A stretch of 63,989 nucleotides of DNA, the filler included, from Stramenopiles sp. TOSAG23-6 (taxonomy: Eukaryota): NCBI GenBank assembly GCA_900128565.1. It is 3 parts of 3 records of this genome, joined end to end, with 100 filler letters (N's around TTAATTAATTAA, not from the genome) between each part and the next. Parts side by side here need not be neighbours in the genome. Positions count along the whole stretch, not along the records: positions 1 to 24,307 come from LT636006.1; 2 more parts are not named here. One strand, 5' to 3'. Under the pieces are notes generated by a model that saw only the letters and a list, made by a program, of their open reading frames with translations, was not told where the DNA came from and ran no database searches. Shown here in pieces: positions 13,701-23,552 of the stretch; position 1 is the first letter of the stretch; each line of letters begins with the position of its first letter. The position numbers and the translations under genes are program-made.

Positions 13701-14568
13701 AAAGCTAACTCTTGACCAATTGCGACGCATACAACTAGCAAAAGTATTTGTCAGTGAGGGCTGGTGGGAGACATATGCTATATTGGCTCTTGAACGCATG
13801 GGTGATAATATCGAGAGTGCCCGAGAGTATTTGCTCAACGGGCATGCCAAGGATTATTACATAGCAACAGAGGCGATCCGCTGGGGAATGTCAAGAATTA
13901 ATTCCCGTTCTTTTGAAGATCGATGGCGAGATCCTCACTTGGAAGCTTGGAAAAATAAGTCTCCTTGGGATCAGAGACATGTTGCATGGTTACAGCGAAC
14001 AGCACGTTTGCGACCCGTTCAACTTCCAAAATGGGTATGGCGATTACATCCTGAGTGGAACTGGCTTCGTTATGGTTGGTCAGAAAATCTTTTGACACAG
14101 AGCGCTTATGCAGCAACAGAGGAACGAAGAAATCATCTAGTAGCCGAAGCAGCAGCTGCGGAGGCAGCCAAAAATGCACCAAAAGTACCTGGTTTGGACA
14201 TGTCATCTGTTGGAAGATACGATGAAAATGGCAACTGGGTTGAGGGTGGCGAAGAACTTGGATATTACGACGAATATGGAAATTTCATTGAAATCAATAC
14301 TGAAGGCCAGCTTGATTCTGTTCCCGATGGAGAAGGTGGGGAATATTTTGTAAATATGACCGTGGACGGATTTTGGGAGAGTGAAAATATGTGGTATGAA
14401 GCTGATATTGTAAGACTTTTCGAGGATCGATGTAGTATAAAGTGGCACATCGACGATTCTGTCAGTGATGATATTCCTTATTCATTTATAAGACCTTTTA
14501 AAGAGGGTAGTAAAGAACAACGCCAGACGGATGCACTGACAGAATTAGGACAGCGCTACTCTTGGTGA
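4723..14568 (+). CDS. Giant intronless 3281-aa protein: three C2 domains, long coiled coil, IQ-like motifs, possible beta-trefoil, UBA-like and C-terminal Tudor-like domains
   Basis: C2 motifs SDPFV..LNPVW.EEF..VYDWD three times; IQxRVR motifs; ALERMGDNIESAREYLL (UBA-like); VDGFW....WYEADI (Tudor/Agenet-like). Confidence 0.85.
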   Translation: MIVTDGVSAKAAATKLKAGIKDVVNGDEIVDSTNDASQNESSGRVKVTIMAGRHLPRADKKSSDPFVELSLGNQTFTTSTKMKNLNPVWQEEFEFIVSDWNTLLSTEVNIAVYDWDLVGGNDLMCTTTLGDFGTFNGDPIRMEGYNPRQPVVGREESRTLQLTNRTNGKDKNQPGGMLSVRLCVFGFPVEAPDGTSGSIKSMHGIDEETRNRQLAKLAKNFSPSVSSLRGTCNCFLVGGNDLPRADKTSSDPFVEFNLVYXGQNTVNKRRKQCFKSSKKKKKLNPNWDENFVFEFEDWDSLSNSYIEVKVYDWDRIGRNKLMGTASIIGLDFIAGKQLRAGGPESFDRTEPLVGVNDVRVIQLENHTTGVDKDEPGGEISVKLRVEGFPTKKQVSEALRSIRLAEAKERREAKRKEDAEFARNLIALSEKSQGFKMLRNFRKEVEKRKQANIDLAWELKLETEGQQKQILENERAVRDNYGDMIERLNPDKFHWSLKDVLVECLIEKKAPSVEMLKQYFIDXESIGMRYQDMYEKGRTRTEHLKVLADLEKEKLNRKNRIRFSKVAAEDGEDSGEDCGEDDAGRELHEDRKEVDDLEQKSGEAEEVEGDPKIAAAKIALLEAQEAEDEEAIEEAKKVFETLGVPVPGELTLAQIYGRTEEEQLRWEEKTAIRFLGGMNKNYYCVKQLVSRSLRRKTNITIKWMKREKRKIDREESRKKTEAKQKERQRLKLVQTEKKQRHEKLRRARKKLIRRALGETEEEAEQDSYDEYSASGSDIEDILADAQAVALSAKDNLIQLYEEFHAVQLSLHDTVESKEGPSLDEDVVTLQNQMKSKLLKHDIEAAEGNLKTVETKLHKIWLANKKLDSSXDESKRLSKDGDEDEDKNDETYLNLRSENNDDDEVAIGQSKEPHNGNENKRNENEEKIDAQFHEDQNQSDLCNDGNESIKDIDKVPKDHKNTQDVIRNLSGIPSTDYTNMYISKPXEKKRITKRRRRRKKRGRFAKIATHVGGTKYAHVERVIVGRLKKMKESDKYKALLEKAAEAKAKAKQKAIEVNLRAKAAAAEAKRLAEEKRKAMRDSETYKAAIAKAKKTRALAKQKAAERAHASYKKSKEAKHVARIKKITSAKDKALRKESKADTKKLKNLQNAIQNIEKKREQTRLQLNLLNAEPTKEEKLDEELELDAMEEEDKTAYIEQKLIEKAEENEELKARIDSFDEEMXSAKKCIDTFIATCTARDKKRQEEEAAIAAKKAEEAALSGRLKLEILRVSSLPSVNDKILANPFVEIKYKPNLNEESLSESKNKPKDDIRDVQEFRTKILTDTTNPEYNETFVLHIKDWDALCAGKIEIHIWDWDMINKNKLLCTAVIEDLSFLMSEERLPIKSNDADKDEPVLDILDTRTIEFHNSESTSLEMNNKNANADLKIGVPENDTDEADSENNNISDEVKNADEKAKMYVNLTVFGFPMSQYNKVMGIXEEIPEVETKHESDKHVVALDIDEADTNMSAVKKSTEIHDKLLLELNSAKQMMDAANENLEAQKCKRIAKESLLEEATKLLETXEDEEERRDQQNCIEDLKTDLLSQIESEESKSEIVKRMKSELVLAEAALAAEVDAQKSTQSLYTLNTSLAKSKESKSSLFWEKVQXKFKNGRRRGVTTIKLRNETPLIKAIRAXMKIVREHERVIKLQKKMKEAVAQMQNKAITKLQNTTAARHAHTAKQITLAAHQAFIQSNAYKSTKEKALRIKKHLNDPEKRAEMKAKLEDKRRILKERTAKLKQMLQEKKEFTMAKAVELKKQMEDRKLRLAAMGKEERKAFLANEKAEKKANRLKREVEDEKLLEEEKQRKDAEEWKLMQMTEEEQMIHKATLEEEKKIKLEAMSTNERQSYLYEEQQKKQRLRKAKMWVKVRRHRRNLETRVSRFKETILSLRDAEKRALLLXEMRDRMADAAEKKKLDLIIKARQAKELATNKEKRKELKLLAKKRMREAKEKAMDXDTRQQGFNVLAKLKTKLYKKASQAKKAAMATKAAKKAMEKLEQAQKSETYQKALAAAEXAKKKAMESSVMQNAMNSEAMQAALKYKENAKLDTQFRKKESLSVRLKNMAKNNMATEALSKQVFKIKKKAVSLKADIDRAAEERGLKVIVDWKEDPIGASKHITRQTRAIIEKKYEWSKKYRQRVSTLQYKVRILLAMRKLNLLRRDHQKRMESADWIIAQYRLRLTRRLIAKSRHQKNVMAKRIQRLAMIFLGKLLHIRLFSIREKAVVCIQTRVRVFLARPFLMRWKQRKQFQNCVFPGSRIFLRSCDGCYVQPEALTRRMIAKPPKEQRSFFCRFSVGTCYRRYRHSSSIVLNGDPISFKSHRRSYISSAPKIFGRSGVERRGCPRGGIFDKRFSSGVHFDYKTMQTTKVLTAAKYLEWDQPGDXQLWRIYKDPAERHSQPQIVSGDLVLLINEESREALSCENGVLGTIPLTRGAKYWCYFNIIIEGYEKTGDGRILVSKANLTASLVNEMKLAKMPGTTTFRKRLFRMERSLQPFVRSKSFIALENARXNPGIHDKRDEEARRALREAIDTFDKTLPTLFLGASRTCSICIFSDGTVEXCSFGIDTETQKQARLQKEFQESLEVVTEDTKKANESNEWISLRDAWEKARSDVASHTKSIKNSRKYKDFIFNLSVAQTDLETLHEEETKANARILHLKRAVGNSTKKSRSVLRKEAREDKLKSERXTKRAELQKIMKESKAAMVNMVEGGSAVNILADKVQTCFEQVNEYMCAHLLGVNRIMDEYYDRAKIHAEWLEKSLKHTKTMKFEIDRIGINYEYGCKEIAESIVYAAPTVGFDGGFYIPKKYQISDSSRHVIAPLASQCILGKILSDGSLQLTGIREQWSQEVFLDSNSVRKAAVCLQWNPQEKKKRKKRRKKKRNGRNGKNKSPRSRKHSTDISTVSTTSSTPESISPIHSPEIPKKSAIIPIIPSKEELKCWSLIEGAIDAQSKDKDGAGKKLTLDQLRRIQLAKVFVSEGWWETYAILALERMGDNIESAREYLLNGHAKDYYIATEAIRWGMSRINSRSFEDRWRDPHLEAWKNKSPWDQRHVAWLQRTARLRPVQLPKWVWRLHPEWNWLRYGWSENLLTQSAYAATEERRNHLVAEAAAAEAAKNAPKVPGLDMSSVGRYDENGNWVEGGEELGYYDEYGNFIEINTEGQLDSVPDGEGGEYFVNMTVDGFWESENMWYEADIVRLFEDRCSIKWHIDDSVSDDIPYSFIRPFKEGSKEQRQTDALTELGQRYSW

Positions 14569-14613
14569 TGCTGCCTTGTGAACATTATATTCAAAATAAA
14601 TACAATCTAAAAA

Positions 14614-16376
14614 TTATTTCAAATCAGATTTTATTTTTTTCATTAATATCATAAATTCTTCTACAACTACTTTCTCGGCATAAATCATTGATTTCACATG
14701 TGACCATATACCAACATCATTTTTACTATTCATTTCATTTTTAGCAACATCAAAAACATCAAATCTTTTTTTTGCTTTTTTTGTCTTCTCAATCAAAAAC
14801 TTCCCAACCTGAAAGAGACATCTGAATAATGTATTTTGGAAAAATATTTCAAAAAAAAATCGTTAGGTACGAAATTTCGTACGAAAATAAATTCGATTTT
14901 TTTGTTAAAAAAAAAATAAAACATACACGCTGCTTCATTCTGTGGACTAATACCAATACTACTATTTTGATCTATCCTATTACCATAAGCAAGTTGGATA
15001 CTATTTTCATCTTCAAACTCAAGGGTTGACATTAGAATAACACGCAACGCACCTGTATTGTAGGAAAATATTTCAAATTTGTTTTGTTAGGTAAAAAATT
15101 TTTATAAAAAAATAAATTCGATTTTTTTGTTGAAAAAAAAATAAGACATACCTAGTGTAGTTGGCATCGCACCAAGTGACGTCACTATTAAAGGAGTTTC
15201 AGTACCAATATCAATGCCGCTTTTATAAGCTTTGAAACATCGTTGATGAAACTGAATCATATTTTGATTCTCAGAGTTATTTTTTATCTTTATTTTCTTT
15301 TCTTTTGTTTCATATACATCCAATACACGACATTTTGGTAAACGTTTTACAGCATCACCTAAACTCATTTGTAAAGAAGCTTGTGGCTGAACTATAATTT
15401 TATTCCCAATAAAGTAAGACGCAGTAAATCCATACTGAGCCAACAATTTATCATCTCCAAGCCATGATCCATAGCTAATGTAAATTTGTTCACCAACCGA
15501 AATATCAGAAATTAACTTTACTTCATAATGAGTAGTATCATTATTCGATACAATTGCATTTGGCGTATGACTGTGATTCAATAAATCAAACAAAGGAATC
15601 ATCACTCTTTCTTGATAATTGTTTTTGGTACCCAATTTCCTACCTAATTCTGAATATGTATCGAATGTACCGTCATGAAAATCAAATGATCGAGATAAAA
15701 CTAATGATAATACATATTCAAAATCATGATGAGCAGTAAAACCAATACCACTTACACCAACATCAACAGAAGTAGCCGGATTTATATAAAGTTCAAATGC
15801 CCGTTTTTCGTGTTCTTTCCTCTTCTGCAGTAGAGTATGCAAAGTAGTGCCTTTAATAACATTTAGCATCTCTAAAGACCACTTATACATATCTGACGAT
15901 TGCGGTAGACTCTGAATGTAAGTAGACAACCAATCGTGTTTTTCTTTACATAAATTCGAATTTGTATTTTTTAGTTGTTTCTTTAGGTAAAGCAAAAATC
16001 GTGCAAATGCTATAGTTTGCCTATCAAGATCACAACCCTGACTTGTATCTTCTTGGAATAATATATCACTATATACACCATCTTCATCAAAGTACGAGAG
16101 AAGAAAATCTTTCCGTATTGCAAGCTTCTTAGGAACTTTGAAAATGGAAGTACCCTTTTTAATTATTTTTGAGCTAAATACACCACGGCCCTGACCAGGA
16201 GCTTCTCTGATTTCTAAAGACTCTTCAATTACACCACCCCTTTTTAAAACTTCGTCATACATTGAAGGGAATACATTCTTAATATTGTATATATCATTAA
16301 TAACAAATGAAAACACAAAGTTCCTCAAAAGGAGAAACAAGAAAAGACCCACTTTCAACTTACTTTCGGGGTTCAT
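14614..16376 (-). CDS. SET-domain lysine methyltransferase, SETD3/Rubisco-LSMT type; 3 exons
   Basis: GQGRGVF, SRSF, MIPLFDLLNHS, GEQIYISYG, LLAQYGF motifs; spliced C-terminus ISPQNEAALFRCL. Confidence 0.88.
14829..14926 (-). mobile_element. Introner-like intron GT-AT (98 nt)
   Basis: T|GTATGT...GTACGAAATTTCGTACCTAAC...AAAATACAT|TA joins NEAA-LFRCL into ORF 14614. Confidence 0.85.
15053..15151 (-). mobile_element. Introner-like intron, canonical GT-AG member (99 nt)
   Basis: AG|GTATGT...CCTAAC...CAATACAG|GT restores TTLG-ALRV. Confidence 0.9.
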
Positions 16377-16645
16377 GTGATTTTACGGACTTGTTTTTTC
16401 TGGTACCTGGACTCTATCCACAGTAAAAATATAGCGACTAACACACCCACGAAAATTGACAATACTATTAATGTAAGCGAAGGCATTGAGATCTTAATGC
16501 GTTGTATACTGGCAAGAATGATCTACTTCGGTACCTATCTTAAATATTTGTGTTCTTTCCGATTTATTTCGATTTCGAGATTTTTTTGAGTCGAAGTCAG
16601 CCGTCAGCTTCAAAATATCACCCTATCCCTATAACCCTAACCCTA

Positions 16646-17691
16646 TTAACTCATTCGGACTCGTTCTTGACACACTGCAATATACCTCAAATTCATTCCA
16701 GATCCAGAGGACGAATTAGACCAAAATTTTATACATTGACGCAACGCATCTAGCCCTTCTAATTTTCTATCTTGAATACTATCGCGACTAAGTTCAATCA
16801 TATTTTTTGGACTTTTTTCTAAAGTTGCGATACCTGCAACAAGCAATACATCAATTAAGTGTGTATTTTGGAAAAATATTTCAAAAAAAAAAAAACTAAA
16901 ATTTGTTAGGTACAAAATTTCGTACGAAAAAAAAATCAAATTTGAAAAAAAATAAAACATACGTTTCTTTCGAGTTGATTCCGTGTAATGCATATTAATA
17001 ATCTCATCGACCCACTCCATATAATCTGAGACAGATATCGGATGCTCTATTGTACGTGTGGTTTGGTCTTCAAAATTCAATGATGTTACGCATTGCGATA
17101 CTTCATTCTCCATATCGATTGCAATATGGATTGTGAAAAAATATTTTTTTTTTACAAAAAACTAAAAAATTCGTTAGGTACAAAATTTACTATGAAAAAA
17201 ATCTAGCTAAAAATTAAATTCTGAAAACGTACATCTTGAAGATGTTTTGTAAGAGTTTTGATAGCTTTCATGTTTTTCTCTAGTAACACTCGATGTTTAT
17301 ATAGTAGGCGTTCCTTAAGACCATCAAAAAAATGCAGTGGTGTTGAAATCCCGTTCTCTTTGGTAAATGTATCATAGATACAAGGAACCCGACTTGCAAC
17401 ATTTATCAGAGATGATATAGCGTTTTCACACCGATGCTCCGTATTTAACCATTCTTCATGGAATTTCATGATGCGTACGAATATACGATTCCAGAATTTT
17501 AGAGCAGATATAATACTGCGAGAAGCTTTTGTGGGGCTAATCTGATTTTCTATATTTATTAGAGATAAATTATTGTCTTTGGTTTTTGCCGCATCACGTC
17601 TCTCTTTTTCTAAAACTCTAGCCTTTTCTCGAGCTTCCCTATTTCGTAGGAGCTTACGTTGGTTTGCAGTATATCCATGATTTCCTTCCAT
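16646..17691 (-). CDS. C1orf109/AIRIM-like protein; 3 exons
   Basis: FDGLKERLLYK and SVSDYMEWVDEI..HYTESTRKKHLI resemble C1orf109 motifs FPDLKERLRRK and SVADMLEWLQDI (recognised from memory). Confidence 0.65.
16861..16962 (-). mobile_element. Introner-like intron GT-AC (102 nt, in frame, no stop)
   Basis: AC|GTATGT...GTACCTAAC...AAAATACAC|AC. Confidence 0.8.
17126..17232 (-). mobile_element. Introner-like intron GT-AT (107 nt)
   Basis: GAT|GTACGT...GTACCTAAC...CACAATCCAT|ATT restores HLQD-IAIDME. Confidence 0.85.
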
Positions 17692-17987
17692 GGAACTTCA
17701 AACAATATTTAAGGCAATTCTTCTATAACAATCACGGGCGCCTATACAATATATTGAAAATAACCTTTTAATATCCTCAAGTCGTGTGTGGAATGAGTGA
17801 GAATAAAAAAGGTATAGCGCTTCGAACGGCTTCGTTTCTGTCAGGATTTTTTGATGTCCGAGGATTTCGTGTTTTGCTACCGGACCGACGGTTACCCAGT
17901 GAGCGTAAAGAAGATGACATAATTCTTTTACAAAAAAGAAAAGATGAAAAAAGGCCATCTTAATGGCATGTCGATTCCAGCGAATCA

Positions 17988-20900
17988 ATGAAAAAGAACA
18001 AAGGTGGGAATCGCCCCAGGGGGTTCATCTCATATGATCCTTTTGCTGATATGGCTGGCAGAAGCGGCTCTACAAAAGTAAAAGAGGTTCAAGGAGAAAT
18101 TTCTGATCATGTGAAAGCTTTGACCGATCCAGTTATTGAAGTTGGAACACCTCCAGAACCTCCGACAAAAGGTTCAGAAATTCAATCGAATCCCAATTCG
18201 AAACCTGAATCAAATCAGGAAGACATTACTCCTAACCAAAATAGTCAAACAAGTCAAAAAGTGCCTCAGTATAATATAGAAACTGTAGGTGAAGAAGACT
18301 TTGAAGATGTCTTTGACTCGGATGATTCAACAAGGTCAATGACACCCAGAGGATCACCAATCCCACGAGGCAGACGAAATAGAAAACTGTTTTATGAAGG
18401 CCGAGAACTTGTACAATTAGAACTAAAAGCTGCAGAACAGACACAAGTTTTGAAAGAGAAACGGCGAATTTATGAAGAAAAACAAAAAAACAATTCTCTT
18501 GCGCTTGTACGTTTTATATGAATTTCTAATTTAATTATTTTTTTCATACGAAATTTCGTACCTAACAATTTTTTTAAGATTTTTGTTGAAATATTTTTTC
18601 ACAATACTTCATCGTCGATACGTGCAACGCTTAAAAGAAATTGACCAAGAGGATAAAGAATCCATTAGAGCCCAAATAGAAAATACAAAACTACTTACTC
18701 AAAAAAGGGAACTCCAATTAGCTCAAAGAAAAGTCGATTTATTACACGAAGAAAATCTTCGTAAGCATGTACGTTTTCGAAGTTGAATTTCGAATTTATT
18801 TTTTTTTCGTAAATTGTTTTTGTATCTAACGATTTTTTTTCTTTACTAAAAAACAATTTCACAATGCATGACCGTGATATTGAGCTCGAGAGGGTAGTTG
18901 CAAGAAAACTTCAATTAGAAGAAATTCAGGAACGGAAAAGGCAAATGTATGCTTTATTTTTTTTCAATTTCGATTTGTTTTCGTACTAAATTTTGTACCT
19001 AACGATTTTTCTTTTGAAATATTTTTTCAAAGTACATATCGGAGCAAGTTCGATTACGCAAGCTACTTTTAGAAGAAGTTCAAGAAGAGAGAGGTCGAAG
19101 GGCAAATGCGAAAGCAAACCGTTTGCAGGAAGTTCTTGCAAAAGCAGAATATGTGCGTTTCCTTCATGCATTTTAAATTGTTTTTTCGTACTACATTTTG
19201 TACCTAACGAATTGTTTTAAACCAAACAAAAAAAAATATTTTTTCGCAATACATCTTCAAAAGGAAATTAACTCTGGCGCTTTTGATGCCAAAGACAGAG
19301 AAACCTTCGCTGCTGAGTTTCTGAAAGAAGATACAGATAATGATAATGTGTTTCATTTAACCGAAGAAATTTCTGGAGCACGACATAAAGAGTTTATGAA
19401 GCGGCAAAGACAGAATGAGGAAGAAATGACCCAGCTAACAAATAAACGTGAAATTTTAGATGTTGAACGTGCAAAGTTATTGGATAAAAAACAAAAATTA
19501 GTATCAATACAAAACAAAGGAATTGAGTTTATGGCAGATATTGAAAGAGGGCTGAAATCAGAGTCTGATTTATCTCCAAGACCATTGAATGATCCCAAAT
19601 CAATCGATGAAGTTGAGATGAAAGATAACAAAACTGTGAAAGAATTTGCTGAAGACCTGAGAACAAATCGACCTTATAGACAAAAGAAAATACAATCTTT
19701 GAAAGCAGACCTTTTTGTTTTAGAAGCTGAACGTATTCGAGCAAAACCGAAGTTGCATATGCTTCCAGAATACGATGGAAGACTCGGAATTTCTTCTTAT
19801 CCACCAGAAAGTCAAGAAATGGTAAAATGGCTTCGTGAGATAACTGTGGAGCTTTGTGATGAGATAATGAATGCATTTTATCTTCGAGAAATAACATTTG
19901 AAAATGTTGAAAAAGAGCGAATCCTTTATGAAGAAAGTAAAGCTCTATTAGTAAAGCGTTATTCGGCACGAGCTACTGATCGTGCTATTGATGAAATCAC
20001 CGCGACTGCGGTTTTGGATGTTGTCCAACAGCAAATTCGAGAAGTGCATAAAGAATTTTCGTATTTGTATGAAGTTGCAACACAGATGAGTAATCAGCTT
20101 CTTCTGAACACAGTACTGGAACGGCGATCTGTCACGAGCATACTACATATAGAAAATACAAAGGACAACACAAAAATGTCAGATTTTACTAAAGCATGGA
20201 AAGCTAGAATATTAGAATTCTGTAGAAAACAACAAGTAAAGAATCGTGATAAGCGTGATCAATCAGGAGAAAAAGTTCGCCTTGATCCTCCTTACCAAAA
20301 TTCTCCTCTAATTCCGTCAAATAAAGGAAAAGCTGTTGTGCTTCTTGTTGCAGAAAAGGGTAAAAAGGCTCTTGAAAAAGAAGAGAAACCAGAGAAAAAA
20401 GGTAGAAGTTTCTTTATGAAACGAACTGGAGATTCAGATTCTTCTGAAGATTCTGACGATGAGAACAATGCATTAATTAAGGAGAAAGATGTCACTTACT
20501 CGAAACTCCACGACTCGGATACCATAAAAGTTTGGGTTCCTAATTATGAATCTGAAAAGGGCTTAAATAATACCAGTAAAGAAGCTGCACACAAAGAAGA
20601 AAAAAAATTCTTCAAGAATGTGCATTACACGTCAGCTTCATTTTCAACACCTAAGGAATATGGTGCTGTAACATGTTGCTCATTAGGATATCACAGACAG
20701 ACCCTTCTTGCTGTTGGTACCGCATCTGGTGTTGTTCTTATATATCGCGTTAGTTTGCCACCTGCAAGACTGCTACATGTTCTCGAACATAAAAGAGTTA
20801 TTCCTAAAAAGAAGACATTAGATATGAAAACTTTTGATCCATCGATGGTTCACCGCAAGAAGAAGAAAAAAGCAAAAAAGTGTGCAGCGGATAGTATAAG

Positions 20901-22426
20901 TTGGAGTTTCGATAGTATGCAATTATCAGTAGTACATGTTGATGGGCAAGTGAGAGTATGGTCACTGGCCCATCACTCTACAGAGAAAGCTGAAACAAAA
21001 GAAGAGATGCAAAATGCTCATGGTGTAGTGGATGATGCTGAGGATGTCAAACCCCAGATACACTCGTACCCATCGATAGAATTATCAAATATTGACTTTC
21101 AACGCTGCGCGGTAAATAATAATATCGGTTTAAATAAAAAAGGCAAAAAGACTAAAAAGTCAAAACAAAAAGAGAAAGAGGAACTCGTATCTTTAGAGCC
21201 GATATTATCATGTTTTCACCCTGCAGCGACTTTTCTAGGTTTCCAGACGTCAATAATGTGTGCGGTACGACATGGACATGTAATAAAATGGAATGGTTTA
21301 GATGAAACTGAAACTACGCCTCTTTTATTCAATAATATCTCACCATATGAGCCACTCTACAGAGGTGAAGAAGCGAATGACATTAAAGAACGGCTCGCAC
21401 AGGAAGTCAAACGGGAATTCTTTCAGTGTCATAGGAATACAATTATTTTAATGAATTTTTTGGAAAATACAACATCTACAATGGTCACTGTTGACAAAGC
21501 TGGACTAATTTGTGTATGGAATTATAATACCGATAGCTTTTCTGGATACGGATGGTTTGTACCTTTTAAACAATATCAATTAATTTTACCTATAACAGAT
21601 TTGAATACAGATATTAAAAAAAGCAAGACAAAAAGGAATAAAAAAGGAAAACAAAAGATTGATATTTTATCTGCAAGATTAACAATATCAGGAAATGAAA
21701 TTATTATGATAGCCAAGACTCCACAATCCCATGGAGGCAACAGAATACTTATTTTTGATCCTGTGAAAGGACAATTTTTGAGGTCACAGATAAAGCTTTC
21801 ATCATCCATCAATTCTCATTATTTTACAGTTTCACCAGTGCTTGATGCCACTTGTTCAGACTATGTATATTTATATAACAAGGGCAAATATTTGGTTTAT
21901 TCACTGGCCACAATGAAAAAGGTAAAAGAAGTAACGTTGTTAGCTGATACAGGAAAAGAAAGGCAGACAACACAGCCATATATTACACGAAATCATAGTC
22001 AAATAGTCATTTGTGTAAAAGGTACAACAGACGTCAAAATCAGAACAATTGTCGATACAAATTCATTTGAGAACCCACCAACAATATTTTCTAAATTCGA
22101 GCCCCAGAAAGATAAAAAGGAGGGATATTGTATGTTATCATTTTCCCACACTTTTTTAAAAATTTATTTATTTTGTACCAAATATTGTATCTAACAAATT
22201 TCAAACGTAAAACATATTTCTTCACATTACTTCTAGTTTTGAATCCGATGATGAAGAATATCGTGAAAACTTAAAATTTAGACCGCGCTTTCACTCAGCT
22301 TCTTCCGAATATAGAGTCCGTCGCTTTATGTATGACATCTCAATTTTTAACGTAAAGAAAGAAATTAGAAATATAGTGTCTGATATTGTCGCTGAAGCAA
22401 CAGAGAGAGCAAAAACACTTTGGTAA
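17988..22426 (+). CDS. Large coiled-coil + WD40-repeat protein; 6 exons
   Basis: One continuous frame after removing 5 family introns; WD-like segments LAVGTASGVVLIY, VHVDGQVRVWSL, VTVDKAGLICVWNY. Confidence 0.75.
18507..18609 (+). mobile_element. Introner-like intron GT-TT (103 nt)
   Basis: CTT|GTACGT...GTACCTAAC...CACAATACTT|CAT; an in-frame CAT 3 nt further is an alternative end. Confidence 0.8.
18769..18869 (+). mobile_element. Introner-like intron GT-AT (101 nt)
   Basis: CAT|GTACGT...TCTAAC...CACAATGCAT|GAC. Confidence 0.8.
18947..19037 (+). mobile_element. Introner-like intron GT-AT (91 nt)
   Basis: AT|GTATGC...GTACCTAAC...AAAGTACAT|A. Confidence 0.85.
19153..19254 (+). mobile_element. 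Introner-like intron GT-AT (102 nt)
   Basis: TAT|GTGCGT...GTACCTAAC...GCAATACAT|CTT. Confidence 0.85.
22130..22232 (+). mobile_element. Introner-like intron GT-TT (103 nt)
   Basis: ATT|GTATGT...TCTAAC...CACATTACTT|CT; the nearby AG (22235-22236) gives a frameshift and early stop. Confidence 0.75.
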
Positions 22427-22429
22427 ATC

Positions 22430-22509
22430 ATTCGTTTTTTTTGTTAGGTACAAAGTTTACTACGAAAAACAAATAAATTTGAAATTCATATATTTGCCAA
22501 ATTGTATAC
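22430..22509 (-). mobile_element. Orphan or degenerate family copy between convergent genes
   Basis: Minus strand reads GTATAC...CGTAGTAAACTTTGTACCTAAC; no clear 3' terminus. Confidence 0.55.
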
Positions 22510-22724
22510 TTTGATATTTTTTTATCGAGTTCTCATAAAGTATTTTAATCATATAGTATTTTCTTACAATTTAGCTCAATAGACAAGCACAAGAAGATTC
22601 GAAATGTAGACTGTGGAGTAATCGATTTTTGTGGAAATAAAGTAGAACGAGAACGGAATGAGTAACGAACGAAACCAGATATTAAAAAAAAAAAAATTGT
22701 TAATTTACTCAAAAAAAAATGTTT

Positions 22725-23552
22725 TTATTTCTTACAATTTTTACGTCCGGATGAGTGAACTTTCGTTATGTATGCAGAATGCAAGGCAGCTATAAAATCA
22801 TCATCATTTGCTAATTCTAAAAGAGTAGCTTTAAGCTTTGTCTTACTCAGTACCAACTTTTCCTTATCTATAGAAGAGTCCGGAATATTATCAACTACAT
22901 TTCCGGCAAAATTCGCCACATTTGTCAGGCTCTTCTTCTTTGCCTTCTTCTTCTTTTCTGAAACAACCACATGATCTATTTTAATTGGAGCATTTGCAGC
23001 TGCAACAGCAGCACTTTCTTTTAAGACACGCTCACGTTCTTTTTCAAAAACTTTTAAATCCGCTTTTGTTAATGGCGTCCCCTGTTGCAGCGACGTGACT
23101 AATTTTTGCAATAAAGCTGTAACAACTTGACGTTCACCAGCATCATGAAACCAAAATGCATCTATCGCTGCGTTGTCTTTATTTGGGCGAACCATTAAAA
23201 AATCGCCGTTGGTTTCTAGTTCTAACTCCGCAGTAACGTCTTTACCCATGTCATCCGGATTATTCCGATTCAAAATAACCAACATATATTCAGGATTANN
23301 NNNNNTCACAATATACATGGTTCCTTCTACGTCCATGGAACGCCACTTCATTTCATCTAATTCAAACGCATATGCTGCAACGTAACTTGAATGTCCAAGA
23401 ACAGAAATTATTTTCTTATCAACACGTTGCAGCGCTTTGAGATTCGCGGCTTTCGCTTTTTTCTGGTTATGCTTTAATTTCAAATCTTTTCCTCGTTGGC
23501 TCGCATCAGCTGTAGTATTAGCTGGATCAACTTGTCCACTATTATTAGTCAT
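22725..23552 (-). CDS. DCP1: mRNA decapping enzyme subunit Dcp1 (EVH1 domain + C-terminal trimerisation helix)
   Basis: NLKALQRVD..I..V..HSSYVAAYAF....WRSMDVEGTMYIV...LVILNR...FWFHD; C-terminal LKATLLELANDDDFIAALHSAY. Confidence 0.9.
   Translation of the reverse strand: MTNNSGQVDPANTTADASQRGKDLKLKHNQKKAKAANLKALQRVDKKIISVLGHSSYVAAYAFELDEMKWRSMDVEGTMYIVXXXNPEYMLVILNRNNPDDMGKDVTAELELETNGDFLMVRPNKDNAAIDAFWFHDAGERQVVTALLQKLVTSLQQGTPLTKADLKVFEKERERVLKESAAVAAANAPIKIDHVVVSEKKKKAKKKSLTNVANFAGNVVDNIPDSSIDKEKLVLSKTKLKATLLELANDDDFIAALHSAYITKVHSSGRKNCKK

Noticed and set aside
18507-19254. CRISPR-like array (palindromic repeats with short unique spacers)
   Set aside because: The spacers are in-frame exons of a eukaryotic gene, the repeats are degenerate and dispersed, and there are no cas genes.
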